DNA of 33,616 nucleotides from an uncultured Gammaproteobacteria bacterium (GTDB taxonomy: Bacteria > Patescibacteriota > Patescibacteriia > Patescibacteriales > JAGXOH01). The stretch is from NCBI GenBank assembly GCA_964512155.1, contig CAZEHL010000003.1, forward strand, positions 1-33,616. The letters run 5' to 3'. The notes under the pieces are model-generated. The model had not been told where the DNA came from. It was given only the letters and a program-made list of their open reading frames with translations, and ran no database searches. Both the position numbers and the translations under genes were made by a program. Positions 32,121 to 33,616 of this stretch are shown here, in pieces (position 1 is the stretch's first letter; each line of letters begins with the position of its first letter).

Positions 32121-33203
32121 ATGATTCAAAATAAATTTATATATAATAAAAATAGGAACTTGCAGGTTCCTATTTTTATGCCGGATGCCACTCGAGGGCT
32201 TATAAAGCTTTTAAGTTCTCGGGAACTTAAAGATAGCGGAATTGAAGCTTTGGTCGTGAATGCTTACCACTTGCATCTACAACCCGGCACAGAGATCATA
32301 AAAAAGGCCGGGGGAATACATTCTTTTATGAATTGGGATCGCCCCATTCTTTCCGATAGCGGAGGATTTCAGATCTTTTCTTTAATTTACAATAATCCCA
32401 AAATGGGGAAAATAATGCCGGATAAAGTGATTTTCAAATCTCCTTTAGACGGCCAAGAAATAGAGTTTACCCCTGAAAGATCAATTCAAATTCAGTTTGA
32501 TCTGGGGGTGGACATGATGGTCTGTTTGGATGATTGTCCTCCCAACAGCGCTCGTCCGGAGGATGTGAGATCATCAGTGCAAAGAACAATAGAATGGGCC
32601 CGAAAATGCAAAAATGAATATGAGAAGCAGATCAAAAAAAGAAAGATCTCAAATAACAGTAGGCCTTTACTGTTTAGTGTTGTCCAGGGCGGCAATGACA
32701 TAAAGTTGCGCAAACAATGCGCCCAAGAATTGCAAAACATCGGATTCGACGGTTATGGATTCGGAGCCATGCCTTTGGATGCCGAAGGTAAATTCAATGT
32801 CCGATTATTAAAAAAAGTGGCCGAATTTATCCCGGATAATTCTTTAAAATTCGCTTTGGGCGTGGGAAACCCGGAAAATATTGTTAAATGCCGGGATCTG
32901 GGATGGGATATGTTTGATTGTGTTATACCCACCAGGGAGGGCAGGCATGGCAAATTGATGTTCAGGAAAGCCGAAAACCGATTGCGTTCTTTAAATTTCT
33001 ATTATTCTTTAAATATCGGCAATACCAAGTTTAAAAAGGATTTTTCTTCAATAAATACAAACAGTCGAATAAAAGAATTGAACGAATATAGTAAAGCATA
33101 TCTTCATCATCTTTTTAAGATCAAAGATCCCTTGGGATATCGTTTGGCAAGCTTAAATAATTTGGAGTTTTATTCTCGATTATTAAAAGAATTAAAGATG
33201 TAA
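32121..33203 (+). CDS. tgt: tRNA-guanine transglycosylase (Tgt) homolog, divergent
   Basis: Collinear with bacterial Tgt: FMPDAT, SDSGGFQ, LDDCPP, VVQGG, DMFDCVIPTREGRHG, YSKAYLHHL. The ATG at 32121 avoids overlap with the previous gene. See the findings for the missing active-site and zinc residues. Confidence 0.8.
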   Translation: MIQNKFIYNKNRNLQVPIFMPDATRGLIKLLSSRELKDSGIEALVVNAYHLHLQPGTEIIKKAGGIHSFMNWDRPILSDSGGFQIFSLIYNNPKMGKIMPDKVIFKSPLDGQEIEFTPERSIQIQFDLGVDMMVCLDDCPPNSARPEDVRSSVQRTIEWARKCKNEYEKQIKKRKISNNSRPLLFSVVQGGNDIKLRKQCAQELQNIGFDGYGFGAMPLDAEGKFNVRLLKKVAEFIPDNSLKFALGVGNPENIVKCRDLGWDMFDCVIPTREGRHGKLMFRKAENRLRSLNFYYSLNIGNTKFKKDFSSINTNSRIKELNEYSKAYLHHLFKIKDPLGYRLASLNNLEFYSRLLKELKM

Positions 33204-33270
33204 GATCTGGGCCGTTCCGATCCAAAATCGAAAAATAATGCTAACAAGTATTAAAAATAAAAGAGCAAAG

Positions 33271-33299
33271 TTGACTATAGTCTCTTTATATATTATATT
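33271..33299 (+). promoter_or_regulatory. Orphan sigma70-like promoter upstream of rnpB
   Basis: TTGACT (33271-33276), 17-nt spacer, TATATT (33294-33299). No obvious gene lies before rnpB. Confidence 0.35.
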
Positions 33300-33365
33300 T
33301 TAACAATGTTTGGAAAATCAAACCCCCAAACTATAATAAGGTTATTGCTTTTTAAAATTTAACTG

Positions 33366-33395
33366 TTGAACATTCAAAATTGATGGCGGTAATAT
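33366..33395 (+). promoter_or_regulatory. Sigma70-like promoter for RNase P RNA
   Basis: TTGAAC (33366-33371), 18-nt spacer, TAATAT (33390-33395), just before the first helix of the RNA. Confidence 0.45.
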
Positions 33396-33399
33396 TGGA

Positions 33400-33616
33400 A
33401 TAAGCGGAGGATCGCCCCCGCCGTTTGTAAGCGGCGGGGGAGGAAAGTCCGGACTCCCTCTGTTGTTGTTAACAATGGAGAGCGGGTAGTGGGTAACACC
33501 CACCGCCCCGCCGTTCGTGAACGGCGGGGTAGGGAAAGTGCCGCAGAGACTATACTACCCAGCCCCGGTTTTATGTTTATGTTAATGGCAAAGTATAAAT
33601 ATCTTTGCAAGGGTAG
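33400..33616 (+). ncRNA. rnpB: RNase P RNA (bacterial type), 5' portion, truncated by the window edge
   Basis: The universally conserved P4 strand GGAGGAAAGTCCGGACTCC is present, preceded by the P3-like hairpin CCCCCGCCG...CGGCGGGGG. Downstream are GGGTAACACCCACC and GGGAAAGTGCCGCAGAGA, which match the conserved GGUAACGCC and AAGUGCCACAGAAA regions. Confidence 0.85.

Noticed and set aside
33374-33610. 78-aa minus-strand ORF
   Set aside because: It overlaps the RNase P RNA gene (P4 strand GGAGGAAAGTCCGGACTCC on the plus strand). The ORF is an artefact of the G+C-rich structured RNA.
1-33616. Alternative genetic code (for example UGA recoding), diversity-generating retroelement, insertion sequences, prophage or defence islands
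   Set aside because: Genes terminate cleanly at TGA, TAA and TAG, with conserved C-termini. I saw no reverse transcriptase, transposase, integrase or recombinase ORF. I saw no template/variable repeat pair and no recognisable defence-system genes.

Overview
This is a gene-dense, AT-leaning bacterial window that uses the standard genetic code (TGA, TAA and TAG all act as stops). I call 24 protein-coding genes and the 5' part of an RNase P RNA that runs off the right edge. I found no rRNA, tRNA, CRISPR array, transposase, integrase or phage genes. Three things suggest a reduced, possibly episymbiotic, Patescibacteria/CPR-like genome, but this is inference only: many membrane-anchored secreted proteins, a DUF4012 protein, and starts that mostly lack a Shine-Dalgarno (SD) sequence. 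Housekeeping and accessory genes: HD phosphohydrolase, PQQ-type sugar dehydrogenase, CopB-type (CPH motif, His-rich N-terminus) P1B ATPase, a PadR plus PspC-domain operon, TypA/BipA, a second PspC-domain protein, a Gmad2-domain protein, a Pif1-like helicase, an NAD-dependent sugar epimerase, an M23 peptidase, a Host_attach/eRF1-like protein, an AmmeMemoRadiSam-type radical SAM enzyme, and a divergent Tgt. The most notable block is a co-directional run at 21948..32086: GT4 glycosyltransferase, DUF4012 protein with a long basic extension, DUF11-like repeat protein, a 923-aa mosaic adhesin (pilin-like core, Cys-rich repeats, Ig-like domains, vWA), and a Cys-repeat/TSP3 calcium-binding protein. 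I read it as a candidate surface attachment module. Non-coding structure is also rich. It includes a gapless ~137-bp duplication of a convergent gene junction, a three-member palindrome family at gene ends, a promoter-upstream motif shared by at least three promoters, a perfect 24-bp palindrome in the copB promoter, a structured leader before a tiny basic ORF, and a 22-bp perfect hairpin after the helicase gene. All domain calls come from reading the translations and motifs from memory. No searches were run.
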